From Bdellovibrionota bacterium (GTDB taxonomy: Bacteria > Bdellovibrionota > UBA1018 > CAIPTA01 > JAALKR01): a DNA stretch of 64,000 nt. Positions 51,039 through 61,261 of the stretch are shown one piece after another (position 1 is the first letter of the stretch; each line of letters starts with the position of its first letter). The DNA lies in NCBI GenBank assembly GCA_965207455.1, contig CBDBMJ010000001.1:1312001-1376000 (forward strand). The letters run 5' to 3'. The notes beneath the pieces were generated by a model. The model ran no database searches, was not told the DNA's origin, and was given only the letters and a program-made list of their open reading frames with translations. The translations under genes were made by a program, and so were the position numbers.

Positions 51039-52157
51039 TTGTTAGAAAAAGTTTCTAAAATACTTTTAGTTCGAGCCGACAGGATTGGTGATGTGGTACT
51101 CACCACGCCGGCCATTACGGCTATACGCAAGCGTTATCCCAAGGCAAAAATTGTGGCTTGTATAAATAAGTCGGTGGAAAATGTACTGGACGCCAACCCG
51201 GACTTAGACCAGCTTTTATTGTTCCATAAAAAGCAATATGGGGGCGTGTGGGGTTTTTTTCGTCTATATCGTGCCATTCGTAAAGAGCGATTCGAGGTAG
51301 TGGTTTGTTTTCAATCGACCTTTCGTTTATCTTTTGCCATTTTTTTATCCTTTATTCCCTATCGAATAGGGCCTTTATCGAAGTGGTGGTCTTGGCTTTT
51401 TTATAATATGGGTATTCGTCAAAATCGTTCCAACGTGGAGATGCACGAAGCTGATTATAATATACAGCTCTTAAGGGATTTGGGAATTTCTGTTTCCCAC
51501 ACCCATGAGAAAACTCAGGTATATGTAAAAGAAAAATATAAGGAAGTAGCCAAGACTTTTTTTGCCGACCGGGGTATTCAGAAAAAATATAAAACAATTG
51601 CCATACACCCGGGCATGGGAAATTCCGCTCTAAACTGGCCAGAGGAATATTACGTGCAGTTAGCTCGTGCCCTATGCAAAGAATATAATATTATCATTAC
51701 AGGCGGGCCCACGGAAAAGGATTTAGTGGATAGAGTCTTGCAGAAAATTTCCCAAAAACAAAGCTATGATATGGACCTTCCCATACTCACTCAGTATGTG
51801 GGCAAGGGTGCCTTGGGTGAGTTCGCTGCTATTTTAGATCAATGTGACGGGGTGGTGGCTCCCAGCACTGGTCCCATGCATTTAGCCATTGCACTCAAGA
51901 AAAAAGTACTTACCTTTTTTTCGCCCATTCAGGTACAAAGTGGGGTGCGCTGGGGACCATACATAAAAAACTTTGGAACCCAGCTAGGTGTTTCTCCCGA
52001 TGATCAAGCCAGCATTCTTGTGCCTGATGTGAATTGTGGCGAAATATTTAAATGTGCTCTAACTGCGTGTGTGTACTATCCATGTATGCCGCGAGTTTCT
52101 GTGAAAAGTGCCGAGTTGCAGTTACGAACACTTTTGGAAGGAAAGGAAGTTCAATGA
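51039..52157 (+). CDS. Glycosyltransferase family 9 (LPS heptosyltransferase-like)
   Basis: DRIGDVVLTTP, IHPG, STGPMHLA. Confidence 0.9.
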   Translation: MLEKVSKILLVRADRIGDVVLTTPAITAIRKRYPKAKIVACINKSVENVLDANPDLDQLLLFHKKQYGGVWGFFRLYRAIRKERFEVVVCFQSTFRLSFAIFLSFIPYRIGPLSKWWSWLFYNMGIRQNRSNVEMHEADYNIQLLRDLGISVSHTHEKTQVYVKEKYKEVAKTFFADRGIQKKYKTIAIHPGMGNSALNWPEEYYVQLARALCKEYNIIITGGPTEKDLVDRVLQKISQKQSYDMDLPILTQYVGKGALGEFAAILDQCDGVVAPSTGPMHLAIALKKKVLTFFSPIQVQSGVRWGPYIKNFGTQLGVSPDDQASILVPDVNCGEIFKCALTACVYYPCMPRVSVKSAELQLRTLLEGKEVQ

Positions 52158-53167
52158 ACACTACTAGAAAACGTTTTGACGCTGTAATGAAAACCATTGC
52201 CTCCAAGGAGTTTCTTGTTGTGGGGGATGTGGGTTTGGATCGCTATACAATTGGAGACGCTCGTAGACTCAATGATGAGGCTCCCGTTCCCATTGTTTCT
52301 GTTGGAAAAACACAGGATAAGTTGGGCCTAGCTGGCAATGTGGCTGATAATATTCATGCATTACAAGGAGTGCCCCACTTATTTTCTTTAGTGGGGAAAG
52401 ATCTCTATGGAGAAAAACTACTCCAGCTATTGAAGGAGAAAAAAATTTCTTCCCAAGGTGTGTTTCCCCACCCCACTAGGCGCACCACTTTAAAAGAAAG
52501 GGTGATAGCCAATAATCAGCAAGTAGTGCGTATTGATTATGAGGACATTCAAGACCTCTCGCCCGAAGAAGAAGCTTTCTTCTGGAAAAAATTAGAGCCA
52601 GAAATAGAAAAATATTCAGGCATTATTATAGAAGACTATTCCAAAGGTTTGCTCACCCCCTCCCTCACAGCTAAAATTATTCAGTCGGCCAGAAAGAAGA
52701 AAAAGTTTGTAGCCGTAGACCCACCAAGTTTAAGCCACCGACGACACATTGAATACTACCGAGGCGCAACCCTCCTCACTCCAAACCTCAAAGAAGCGGC
52801 TCAGCTAAGTGGCATAGAAATTCGAGACAGATCATCTTTGCACAAGGCAGGAGAACAACTCCTCCAAGAACTGGAATGTGAAATTGTGGTCATCACCCAA
52901 GGTGGCGAAGGAATGACCGTATTTAAAAAAAATATCACCCCCATGCAAGTCCCCACCTTTGCCCACGCCGTCTATGATGTATCGGGCGCAGGAGATACGG
53001 TGGTAGCCATGCTCACCATGACCATGTCCAACGACGTACCCCTAGAGGAATCCCTTCTCCTAGCAAATTTTGCCGCTGGCGCAGAAGTAGGAAAAATGGG
53101 CACCACCACTGTTTCCGTAGAAGAACTCAGGGAATATGTGGAACGCATTGGCGGTTTCTCCCAGTAG
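52154..53167 (+). CDS. rfaE1: D-glycero-beta-D-manno-heptose-7-phosphate kinase (RfaE domain I)
   Basis: VGDVGLD, EAPVP, DYSKG, TPNLKE, YDVSGAGDTV. Confidence 0.9.
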   Translation: MNTTRKRFDAVMKTIASKEFLVVGDVGLDRYTIGDARRLNDEAPVPIVSVGKTQDKLGLAGNVADNIHALQGVPHLFSLVGKDLYGEKLLQLLKEKKISSQGVFPHPTRRTTLKERVIANNQQVVRIDYEDIQDLSPEEEAFFWKKLEPEIEKYSGIIIEDYSKGLLTPSLTAKIIQSARKKKKFVAVDPPSLSHRRHIEYYRGATLLTPNLKEAAQLSGIEIRDRSSLHKAGEQLLQELECEIVVITQGGEGMTVFKKNITPMQVPTFAHAVYDVSGAGDTVVAMLTMTMSNDVPLEESLLLANFAAGAEVGKMGTTTVSVEELREYVERIGGFSQ

Positions 53168-53177
53168 TGTACCTGTA

Positions 53178-55157
53178 TTATTCTTCGTCAGGCATTACAA
53201 ACTGATAGATATAATATCCTCCAGCACCAATTATAGCCGCTTCAGCAGCAGCGGAAGCGGCTCCATGAAAATTGTTCTTTCTACTCCGCTCTACTTGCCA
53301 TGGCTCTTCGAGATAGTCAAAGCTCTTATAGCTTTTTGTAATTGTCTTCGAAATCTCATCTATATTACTAGAAGGTATATGTAAATCATCAGCTATTTTA
53401 TCAATTACCTTATTAACAGCTTTAGCATTTTCTGTCCCATAAGCTGTTCTTTTTAAAATTGCTAAAAAATATTGAAGCTCGTTAATGAAATTTTTTCTTG
53501 ATTTTGTTTTTGTTTTTCCAGGAATTTTTCGCAACATTATCATTTTCTTGACATTGGACATATTATAAAAAGAGGACCTATATTGGTTAAGATTATCCAG
53601 AAAGAGTTTGAGAATTTTAGAGGTAGCTTCTGGACCAAGCTGCTTTCTAACTTCCCAGAGAGCATTTGACATAAACATTGAGTTATTATGAAATTCACCA
53701 GCAACAAAATCATCTAATGAATTGCGTTCACCAGATTTTTTATTGTTAAAATAAAAAAATCTATGCTCTATGTCTCTTATAATTTTACCTATTTTTGGAT
53801 TTCCTAACTTATGTGCTGAAAAAAAATCTGCCAGTGCTTCATTAACAGTCTCATTATAATTGACAAACGCTCTCCAACTGTACGTTCTCTTTAGAATCGA
53901 ATGTGTTCTCTCATGAAGCAAAGTAGATTTACTTTTCACTAAAATCCTTTCCCCATAATGAGGCTTCATGTGTATAGTACTGTCTGAAAATCCACTCCAA
54001 ATATTAAAGATTCGAGAGGTTATTGAGCGAGGTCCATGTGTACTAGAGAGGATAGGTTTATCTGAAAGAACTATTCTAGTCGATTTTGGTTTAATGAAAC
54101 CTAGCTTTGTCATACTACTATCAAAATCTTTTATGTCTTGAGCAACTCTTTGTCCAAGCTTCTTACTCACTGTAATTGTCCCCACAACTTCAACTGTTGG
54201 GGAAGAGGCTAATCTACGATACGGCCATACCATAAGTTTCCCTTGCCGATGAATTTCAGTTAACTCTTCTATTTTCTCTTCTATTTTTTTTTCTAATTCT
54301 TTTTTTTCCGCTGCTGTAATTGCTGTATTTGATTTTTTAGATTCTGGCTTTTCTATGTTAGAAAATGCTTTTTTAATATTTGGAAATTTCTTTGCAGCTA
54401 TTACGGGACCATATTTTATTAAAGCAAGTAGCCCTGCTGGAGGAATGGCAACATATCCTATAAATGTACATACGGCATTTGATTTTGCTTCAAAGTTTAA
54501 GCAACCAAATTCCTTATATTTGTTAGAAATCATGCTTGAAATCGAACTAACAATCATTTCTGAAATAGTTGTACTCATTTTCATAGCAGCTTTTATTTTT
54601 CTGACCGATTCCAATGATGAAGATGATTTTGCATATGCTTTTTCATACTCACTATGGAGATATGATTTTGCCATATTACTATATTCTGAAACATTATCAC
54701 CAGTCTTAACCCAAGCATCACTTGAAGTTAAATGACCTCCCACCCATTTGAGTACATCCCATAAAAATTTTAATATTTCTTTAATGGAATCTAAAACTCC
54801 TTGTGCACACCCTTTTAGAAATTCCCATAAATCCACCTGTGATTCTTTATCAATGATCTCGCATCGTAAAAGATCTTCTTTTTTCACATCTTTGCAAACA
54901 TTACTTCTTATAACCACATCACAAATTCCTTGCATTTTATTATATAAATCCAAGTTAGAAATGCCCTCAACATTGCATATTTTCTCAAAAGCATGGACTG
55001 TTGAACTGAGAGAAAAGCGTACTCTTCCATGATCTTGTAATGATTTTATTGTATCTTCAGTACTAATTGGTTGTCTTAGTCCTGCCCTGAACTCCTGCGC
55101 GGTTGCTGTAACAGTAAAAACTATAAATACTAAAGCAAGAGCGATTATTTTTCTCAT
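53178..55157 (-). CDS. Secreted protein, Cys-rich constant N-terminus + HExxH metallopeptidase-like domain (copy 1)
   Basis: Signal peptide; LLHERTH...NEALADFF gluzincin (M4/M36-like) motif, SNALWE. Confidence 0.75.
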   Translation of the reverse strand: MRKIIALALVFIVFTVTATAQEFRAGLRQPISTEDTIKSLQDHGRVRFSLSSTVHAFEKICNVEGISNLDLYNKMQGICDVVIRSNVCKDVKKEDLLRCEIIDKESQVDLWEFLKGCAQGVLDSIKEILKFLWDVLKWVGGHLTSSDAWVKTGDNVSEYSNMAKSYLHSEYEKAYAKSSSSLESVRKIKAAMKMSTTISEMIVSSISSMISNKYKEFGCLNFEAKSNAVCTFIGYVAIPPAGLLALIKYGPVIAAKKFPNIKKAFSNIEKPESKKSNTAITAAEKKELEKKIEEKIEELTEIHRQGKLMVWPYRRLASSPTVEVVGTITVSKKLGQRVAQDIKDFDSSMTKLGFIKPKSTRIVLSDKPILSSTHGPRSITSRIFNIWSGFSDSTIHMKPHYGERILVKSKSTLLHERTHSILKRTYSWRAFVNYNETVNEALADFFSAHKLGNPKIGKIIRDIEHRFFYFNNKKSGERNSLDDFVAGEFHNNSMFMSNALWEVRKQLGPEATSKILKLFLDNLNQYRSSFYNMSNVKKMIMLRKIPGKTKTKSRKNFINELQYFLAILKRTAYGTENAKAVNKVIDKIADDLHIPSSNIDEISKTITKSYKSFDYLEEPWQVERSRKNNFHGAASAAAEAAIIGAGGYYIYQFVMPDEE

Positions 55158-55636
55158 TCCACTCCTGCTTGATTTTTCATATGAGCAATTATTCTGCTTG
55201 CCAATTTATCTCCGTTTATGGTTGCCGTTGGACGAGTGTGAAGAATCTGTATTGTCTCGTTAGCTCTATAGATATGAACTTCAGCAAAAGTTATTTTTTG
55301 TCCAGACCAGTCTCTATAACTGCCATTGACTAATAACTCATGGTGTTCTTTCTTGGGCTGCCATTTATATTTCCCCTTCCATTCAGAAATGCCTATAAAT
55401 GAAAGCATCTTTTTTTTCTTTTCTTCAAGCTTCTTAAAAAAATCCTTCTGCTTAATGTTAAGCCAATTAATTTTTTTGCCAGTCTTTCGCTTTTCCAAGC
55501 TTCCCGTCACATCACTATTTTTTTCTAACTGCCAAACTTTTACTCCATTGACATCACGAGATAGCTTCCATCCACTGGGGCTGGCAATCGCTGCTGTGGA
55601 TAAGAAAAATAATAATGAAATAAATATTTTTTTCAC
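55154..55636 (-). CDS. Small secreted hypothetical protein (copy 1)
   Basis: Signal peptide (AIA-S), stop overlaps the peptidase start; paralog at 58108. Confidence 0.8.
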   Translation of the reverse strand: MKKIFISLLFFLSTAAIASPSGWKLSRDVNGVKVWQLEKNSDVTGSLEKRKTGKKINWLNIKQKDFFKKLEEKKKKMLSFIGISEWKGKYKWQPKKEHHELLVNGSYRDWSGQKITFAEVHIYRANETIQILHTRPTATINGDKLASRIIAHMKNQAGVE

Positions 55637-55686
55637 CGAATACCTTTTAGCGTATATATTAGACGCTATTCCTTCTATGATAGTAT

Positions 55687-56034
55687 AACTCTCCTCACTT
55701 CAAATCTCAAAGAAGCGGCTCAGCTAAGTGGAGTAAGAATTTGAGAAGTAAAATTGCAGTCATCACCCAAGGTGGCGAAGGAATGACCGTATTTAAAAAA
55801 AATATCACCCCCATGCAAGTCCCCACCTTTGCCCACGCCGTCTATGATGTATCGGGCGCAGGAGATACGGTGGTAGCCATGCTCACCATGACCATGTCCA
55901 ACGACGTACCCCTAGAGGAATCCCTTCTCCTAGCAAATTTTGCCGCTGGCGCAGAAGTGGAAAAAATGGGCACCACCACTGTTTCCGTAGAAGAACTCAA
56001 GGAATATATGGAACGTATTGGTGGTTTCTCCTGA
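55687..56034 (+). pseudogene. Duplicated 3' fragment of rfaE1 with an internal deletion
   Basis: Matches 52768-53161; lacks the 5' ~60% of the gene and ~48 nt near 55740. Confidence 0.9.
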
Positions 56035-56047
56035 TAGCTTACCTACA

Positions 56048-58111
56048 TTATTCTTCGTCAGGGATTACAACCTGATAGATATAATATCCACCAATAGTAG
56101 CTGTGCTTACTTCATAAAGCTTTGGATCTAATACTGATTCCTGTTTTTTGCTTAATACAGGTTTAATGTAAGCAAAGTTTTCATCACTTTTTTTAATTTC
56201 CTTTGATATCAAACTTATATTATTAGGAGGGATATCAAAATAATCAATAAGTTTATTAATCACGTTATCAACAATTTTAGCATTTGCTGTCCCATGAGCT
56301 GTCTTTTTCAAAATTGCTAAAAAATATTGGTATTCATTAATGAATGTTGCCTTTTTTGAATTAAAGGAGAGCGATTTTGCAAGTGGATGGATCGGTAGAA
56401 CATGATCAATAAAATCAAAACTATCTCGATATTGGTTAAGGTTATCTATAAATGGCTTGAGAAGCGTAGAAGTTTTTTTAGGACCAAGCTGCTTTCTCAC
56501 CTCCCAGAGAGCATTTGAAAGAAATAATGAATCATAATGTCCAATGTCAGTAAAGTCATCTAACGAATTGAGTTTGATTTCCTTATTAGAGTGATCAAAA
56601 TAAGTTCTTTTCTCTATATCTGCCATAGGTTTACCTTTAGTAATAAAGTCCATTAGTGCTTTTGGATCTCCTGTTTTATGTAGTGAAAAAAAATCTGCCA
56701 ATGCCTCTTGAACAGATTCATTGCGATTGACAAACGAGTTTTTCTTGTAAGTATGATGTAGAAATGCGTGTGTTCTCTCATGAAGAAGCACGGATTTATC
56801 TTTCATCATAGCTTTTTTCTGAATAGCTTTTTTCTGAAGATAAGGCGTCATGAAAATATGACTTGTTGGAGCTTTACTATCAAAACTAGCAGCTTTATGA
56901 GAAGATGCCATAGGTCCATAATTACCAGGAAAAACAGGTTTATCTGAAATAATTATTTGAGTCAGCTTGGGTTTAATGAAACCTAACTCTTCCATAGTAT
57001 TATCGAAATCATTTATATATCGACTAAATTTTTTCCCAAGATTTTTAGTAATTGCAGCTGTGCCTATAACTTCAACACCTCGAAAAGAAGCTAATTTAGT
57101 GCCACGCGATGACACAAAACCCTTAATTTGGAAGTAGTCAGCTTTAGCTGCAATAATATCCCTATTCTCAGAAGATATTCTTGCCGCTGAATCCTCTTTC
57201 AGATCATTAAGTTTCTTCTCTATTTTAGGTTCTGATCTATCCACTGCCTTAATTTCTGATTTCTCTGCTGTGCTTTCTATATTTGATTTTTTAGGCTCTG
57301 GTTTTTCTAAGTTAGAAAATGCTTTTTTAATATTTGGAAACTTTTTTGCAGCTATTACAGGACCATATTTTATTAAAGCAAAGAGCCCTGCTGGAGGAAT
57401 GGCAACAGTTCCTATAAACGTACATACAGCATTTGATTTTGCTTCAAAGTTCAAGCAGCCAAATTCCTTATATTCGTTAGAAATCATGTTTGAAATTGAA
57501 CCAACAACCATTTCTGAAATAGCTGCACTCATTTTCATAGCGGCCTTTATTTTTCTGACTGATTCCAATGGTGAAGATGATTTTGCATATGCTTTTTCAT
57601 ACTCACTATGGAGATATGATTTTGCCATATTACTATATTCTGAAACATTATCACCAGTCTTAACCCAAGCATCACTTGAAGTTAAATGACTCCCTACCCA
57701 TTTGAGTATATCCCATAAAAACTTTAATATTTCTTCAATGGAATCTAAGACTCCTTGTGCACACCCTTTTAGAAATTCCCATAAATCCACCTGTGATTCT
57801 TTATCAATGGTCTCGCATCGTAAAAGATCTTCCTTTTTCACATCTTTGCAAACATCACTCCTTATAACCACATCACAGATTCCTTGCATTTTATTATATA
57901 AATTCAAATTAGAAATACCTTCAACATTGCATATTTTCTCAAAAGCATGGATCGTTGAACTAAGAGAAAGCCGTACTCTTCCATGATCCTGCAATGATTT
58001 TATTGTATCTTCAGTACTAATTGGTTGTCTTAGCCCTGCCCTGAACTCCTGCGCGGCTGCTGTAACAGTAAAAACTATAAATACTAAAGCAAGGGCGATT
58101 ATCTTTCTCAT
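56048..58111 (-). CDS. Secreted protein, Cys-rich constant N-terminus + HExxH metallopeptidase-like domain (copy 2)
   Basis: LLHERTH...QEALADFF; N-terminal ~277 aa nearly identical to copy 1. Confidence 0.75.
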   Translation of the reverse strand: MRKIIALALVFIVFTVTAAAQEFRAGLRQPISTEDTIKSLQDHGRVRLSLSSTIHAFEKICNVEGISNLNLYNKMQGICDVVIRSDVCKDVKKEDLLRCETIDKESQVDLWEFLKGCAQGVLDSIEEILKFLWDILKWVGSHLTSSDAWVKTGDNVSEYSNMAKSYLHSEYEKAYAKSSSPLESVRKIKAAMKMSAAISEMVVGSISNMISNEYKEFGCLNFEAKSNAVCTFIGTVAIPPAGLFALIKYGPVIAAKKFPNIKKAFSNLEKPEPKKSNIESTAEKSEIKAVDRSEPKIEKKLNDLKEDSAARISSENRDIIAAKADYFQIKGFVSSRGTKLASFRGVEVIGTAAITKNLGKKFSRYINDFDNTMEELGFIKPKLTQIIISDKPVFPGNYGPMASSHKAASFDSKAPTSHIFMTPYLQKKAIQKKAMMKDKSVLLHERTHAFLHHTYKKNSFVNRNESVQEALADFFSLHKTGDPKALMDFITKGKPMADIEKRTYFDHSNKEIKLNSLDDFTDIGHYDSLFLSNALWEVRKQLGPKKTSTLLKPFIDNLNQYRDSFDFIDHVLPIHPLAKSLSFNSKKATFINEYQYFLAILKKTAHGTANAKIVDNVINKLIDYFDIPPNNISLISKEIKKSDENFAYIKPVLSKKQESVLDPKLYEVSTATIGGYYIYQVVIPDEE

Positions 58112-58590
58112 TCCACTTCTGCTTGATTTTTCATATGAGCAATTATTCTTCTTGCTAGCTTGTCTCCACCCGCAATTGATTTTGGACGAGTGTGAAGAAT
58201 CTGTATCGTCTCGTTAGTTCTATAGATATGAACTTCAGTAAATATTATTTTTTGCCCAGACCAGTCTTTATAACTGCCATTGACTAATAACTCATGGTAG
58301 TCCTTCTTGGGCTTCCATTTATATTTCCCCTTCCATTCAGAAATACCTATAAATGAAAGCATCTTTTTTTTCTTTTCTTCAAGTTTTTTAAAAAAATCCT
58401 TTTGCTTAATGTTAAGCCAATTAATTTTTTTGCCAGTCTTTCGCCTCTCTAAGCTTCCCGTCACATCACTATTTTTCTCTAACTGCCAAACTTTTACTCC
58501 ATTGACATCACGGGATAGCTTCCATCCACTGGGGCTAGCGATTGCTGTTGTGGATAAAAAAAATAATAATAAAATAAAGACTTTTTTCAT
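58108..58590 (-). CDS. Small secreted hypothetical protein (copy 2)
   Basis: About 18 substitutions in 160 aa versus copy 1. Confidence 0.8.
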   Translation of the reverse strand: MKKVFILLLFFLSTTAIASPSGWKLSRDVNGVKVWQLEKNSDVTGSLERRKTGKKINWLNIKQKDFFKKLEEKKKKMLSFIGISEWKGKYKWKPKKDYHELLVNGSYKDWSGQKIIFTEVHIYRTNETIQILHTRPKSIAGGDKLARRIIAHMKNQAEVE

Positions 58591-58702
58591 CGAATACCTT
58601 TTAGCGTATATTTAGGCACTATTCCTTCTATGATAGTATAACCCGTCATGCCTATTTTCAAGAAGCTCAAAGTCGGGAAACTCTAATTCAGGTCTGATGA
58701 AT

Positions 58703-59416
58703 TTACAGGTTAAGCTGCTCTTCTCTGCTCGTGCGATTGCAGGTGCTAGGAATATTAATACTCTCTATTTCCATGGATCTTAGCCATCGATGAAATAAAG
58801 CCATTTCTTTTTCCATCACTTGTCCCAAGTGGGTGGAAAACTGGGTATCTATTTCTTGAACTTTTGACAACATTTCATTGAGGTGGGCTTTTTCCTCTGC
58901 AAGAATTGAGCGAAGATTAAATCCCAATGGATGACTTTGTAAAAAATTCTGATAAATTCCATACAACCAACTTGCTCGTATTTCAATTGCCAGCGTTACC
59001 CATAAATAACAAGAGGAATGGTGTTTGTTTCCAGTTTGCCAGGAGCGAAGCATGGAAAAAATACTTCCATCCAATCGTTGGAAATACATATAAGCCGCAG
59101 GTCTTGCAAACATGTCTTCATGATCATAGGACAGGTCTTTTCCGCAAATGGATTTCGATCGCTGTTTAAAGAAAGCAGCATGACGGGCCTCTTCTGCTAA
59201 ATGTTTTAAAACACAACGGGACAAAGTATCCACGCCATGGCTATTCATAATTTTTCGACTGCCCATGTATTCTAAAAAAGAAAAAGAGTTTAAAAATCTT
59301 CCATGGACTTCGGGCAAAGCCGTGACTTCGGATAATAGGGTCCAGAATCGAGGTTCTAGTTCCTTAGCGTCGCTATAAAAATTAGATAATGTGGAGAGAT
59401 TCTTCAATAACATCAT
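58703..59416 (-). CDS. Ferritin-like diiron protein at the end of the biotin operon (BioE-like candidate)
   Basis: LE...EEARH and IE...EEKAH paired diiron ligands; overlaps the bioA stop. Confidence 0.7.
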   Translation of the reverse strand: MMLLKNLSTLSNFYSDAKELEPRFWTLLSEVTALPEVHGRFLNSFSFLEYMGSRKIMNSHGVDTLSRCVLKHLAEEARHAAFFKQRSKSICGKDLSYDHEDMFARPAAYMYFQRLDGSIFSMLRSWQTGNKHHSSCYLWVTLAIEIRASWLYGIYQNFLQSHPLGFNLRSILAEEKAHLNEMLSKVQEIDTQFSTHLGQVMEKEMALFHRWLRSMEIESINIPSTCNRTSREEQLNL

Positions 59417-60629
59417 AAACTCTATCTAACTCCTTATCTGTAATGCAATAGGGAGGAAGTATATACACAACATTCCCCAATGGACGAAGTAAAACTCCGT
59501 TCTGTAAATAAAATTGAGATAATTTTGGTCCCACCGTGGATAAATACCCTCCATCTTTTACTTGAAGTTCTATGGCAGCAATGGTGCCACAGGTTCGCAG
59601 ATTAGCCACCTTGGGATGTTCTTGCAATCTAGGGGCAAATACTTTTTTATGGTATTGGGAAATTCGAGCTATGGTGTTCATTTGTTTTTCTTCCTCAAAT
59701 ACCTTAAAACTTGCTAAAGCAGCAGCACAGGCAATGGGGTTACCTGAGTAGGAGTGGCCATGAAAAAAAGTTTTTTTTCTATCTTCCGAATAAAATGCTT
59801 GAAAAATTTCAGGTTTTACCATTGTAACACCTAGGGGAAGCAGGCCTCCAGTAATGCCTTTCGATAGGCAAAGAATATCAGGGGTAATATTGGCCTGCTC
59901 GCAAGCAAACATTGTGCCTGTGCGACCAAAACCTGTCATCACTTCGTCGGCAATAAATAAAATCTTTTCCTCTTGGCAAACAGTATATAAATCTTCCAAC
60001 ACTTTTGGGGAATACATACGCATTCCTCCTGCTCCCTGTACCAAGGGTTCCACAATAAGTGCACCTATTTTTCCTTCCTTATGACCGGTTGCAATCATGG
60101 TTTTGAAGGCATGGACTGTACGTTCCTCTTCTAGGGGTATATATTCCACTGGGAATAAATGGGAGGCAAACGGATCCGTAAACATACTTCGTCCACTTAC
60201 AGACATGGCTCCAAAGGTGTCTCCATGGTAAGCACCCTCTAATGCCACAATACGTTTTCGTGGAAAACCTTTATTTTCATGAAAATTAATTGCCATTTTC
60301 AATCCCACTTCCACCGCAGTGGAACCATTGTCGGAAAAGAATGTATAGTTTAGGCCTGTGGGAACATGCCGTACTAACTCTTGGGCAAGCTGTTGGGCTG
60401 GTTTATGGGTAAAACCTGCGAGAATTACTTGATCCAGTTGGGAAGCTTGGTACGAAATAGCTTTTGTAATGGTGGGATGGGAATGACCATGAAGGGTAAC
60501 CCACCAGGAGGAAATAGCATCTAAAATTTTTTGTCCATTACTAGGAAAAAGATATGCTCCTTGCGCACTTTTAATTTCCATCTCTGATTCTGCAAGAGCG
60601 TGCTGAGTATAGGGATGCCAAATATTCAT
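59382..60629 (-). CDS. bioA: DAPA aminotransferase
   Basis: IWHPYTQ, DAISSWWV, YHGDT, DEVMTGFGRTG, SKGITGG. Confidence 0.96.
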   Translation of the reverse strand: MNIWHPYTQHALAESEMEIKSAQGAYLFPSNGQKILDAISSWWVTLHGHSHPTITKAISYQASQLDQVILAGFTHKPAQQLAQELVRHVPTGLNYTFFSDNGSTAVEVGLKMAINFHENKGFPRKRIVALEGAYHGDTFGAMSVSGRSMFTDPFASHLFPVEYIPLEEERTVHAFKTMIATGHKEGKIGALIVEPLVQGAGGMRMYSPKVLEDLYTVCQEEKILFIADEVMTGFGRTGTMFACEQANITPDILCLSKGITGGLLPLGVTMVKPEIFQAFYSEDRKKTFFHGHSYSGNPIACAAALASFKVFEEEKQMNTIARISQYHKKVFAPRLQEHPKVANLRTCGTIAAIELQVKDGGYLSTVGPKLSQFYLQNGVLLRPLGNVVYILPPYCITDKELDRVYDVIEESLHII

Positions 60630-61261
60630 TGCCAAGCTCCAGAGAATAATTGCTGAGCTTCCCCACGTAATATATTTGGATTGATGTTTTTCAAAAAAGG
60701 CAATCGTCCTAAACTCCTCACCTTGCCGATGGTGCATATCGATTCCATGGCACGAGAATCATCGTCGCCTATAAAAATAATTCCATGGATAGGAATATCT
60801 CGACTACGTAAGGCTTCAATGGAGAGCAAACTATGATTGATGGTTCCCAGTTTCGTGCGACTACAAAGAATCACAGGAAATTTCCATCGCTCATACAAGT
60901 CTATTTGAAGAATTTTTTCTGACAATGGCACCAATAATCCTCCCGCTCCTTCGATAATTAAAGGAAAGGGGCATTGGCTGGGAAAATCCAAAATCTTTTG
61001 CACATCAATCATTTTATTTTCTGCCATGGCAGCAATATGGGGTGATGCGGGTAAGGCAAATCGATACAGCTCAGGTAAAATATATTCCCGTGGGCAAGCA
61101 CTAAGGTCATAGACTCGTTGGCTATCTGTTTTTCCGTTTTCCTCTCCACACTGTATGGGCTTCCAGTAATAAGCACCCATGGATTGTAATAGAATGGAGG
61201 ATACCACTGTCTTACCCACATCAGTATCTGTGCCAACTACAACAAATCTATTGTACTCCAT
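60626..61261 (-). CDS. bioD: Dethiobiotin synthase
   Basis: GTDTDVGKT, WKPIQCG, EGAGG, LGTINH. Confidence 0.96.
   Translation of the reverse strand: MEYNRFVVVGTDTDVGKTVVSSILLQSMGAYYWKPIQCGEENGKTDSQRVYDLSACPREYILPELYRFALPASPHIAAMAENKMIDVQKILDFPSQCPFPLIIEGAGGLLVPLSEKILQIDLYERWKFPVILCSRTKLGTINHSLLSIEALRSRDIPIHGIIFIGDDDSRAMESICTIGKVRSLGRLPFLKNINPNILRGEAQQLFSGAWQ

Larger units (their letters stand above)
52768..58644. repeat. Tandem direct duplication of a ~2.9-kb unit (rfaE1 3' end + peptidase gene + small secreted gene + upstream region)
   Basis: Unit 1 ~52768-55686, unit 2 ~55687-58644; 52889-53088 is identical to 55759-55958. Confidence 0.92.

Noticed and set aside
55154..55636. Immunity protein for the peptidase
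   Set aside because: It lies upstream and stays ~89% identical between copies while the catalytic domains diverge, unlike cognate immunity genes.
55741..56034. Functional second heptose kinase gene
   Set aside because: Only the C-terminal third, with a deletion and no credible start; treated as a duplication remnant.
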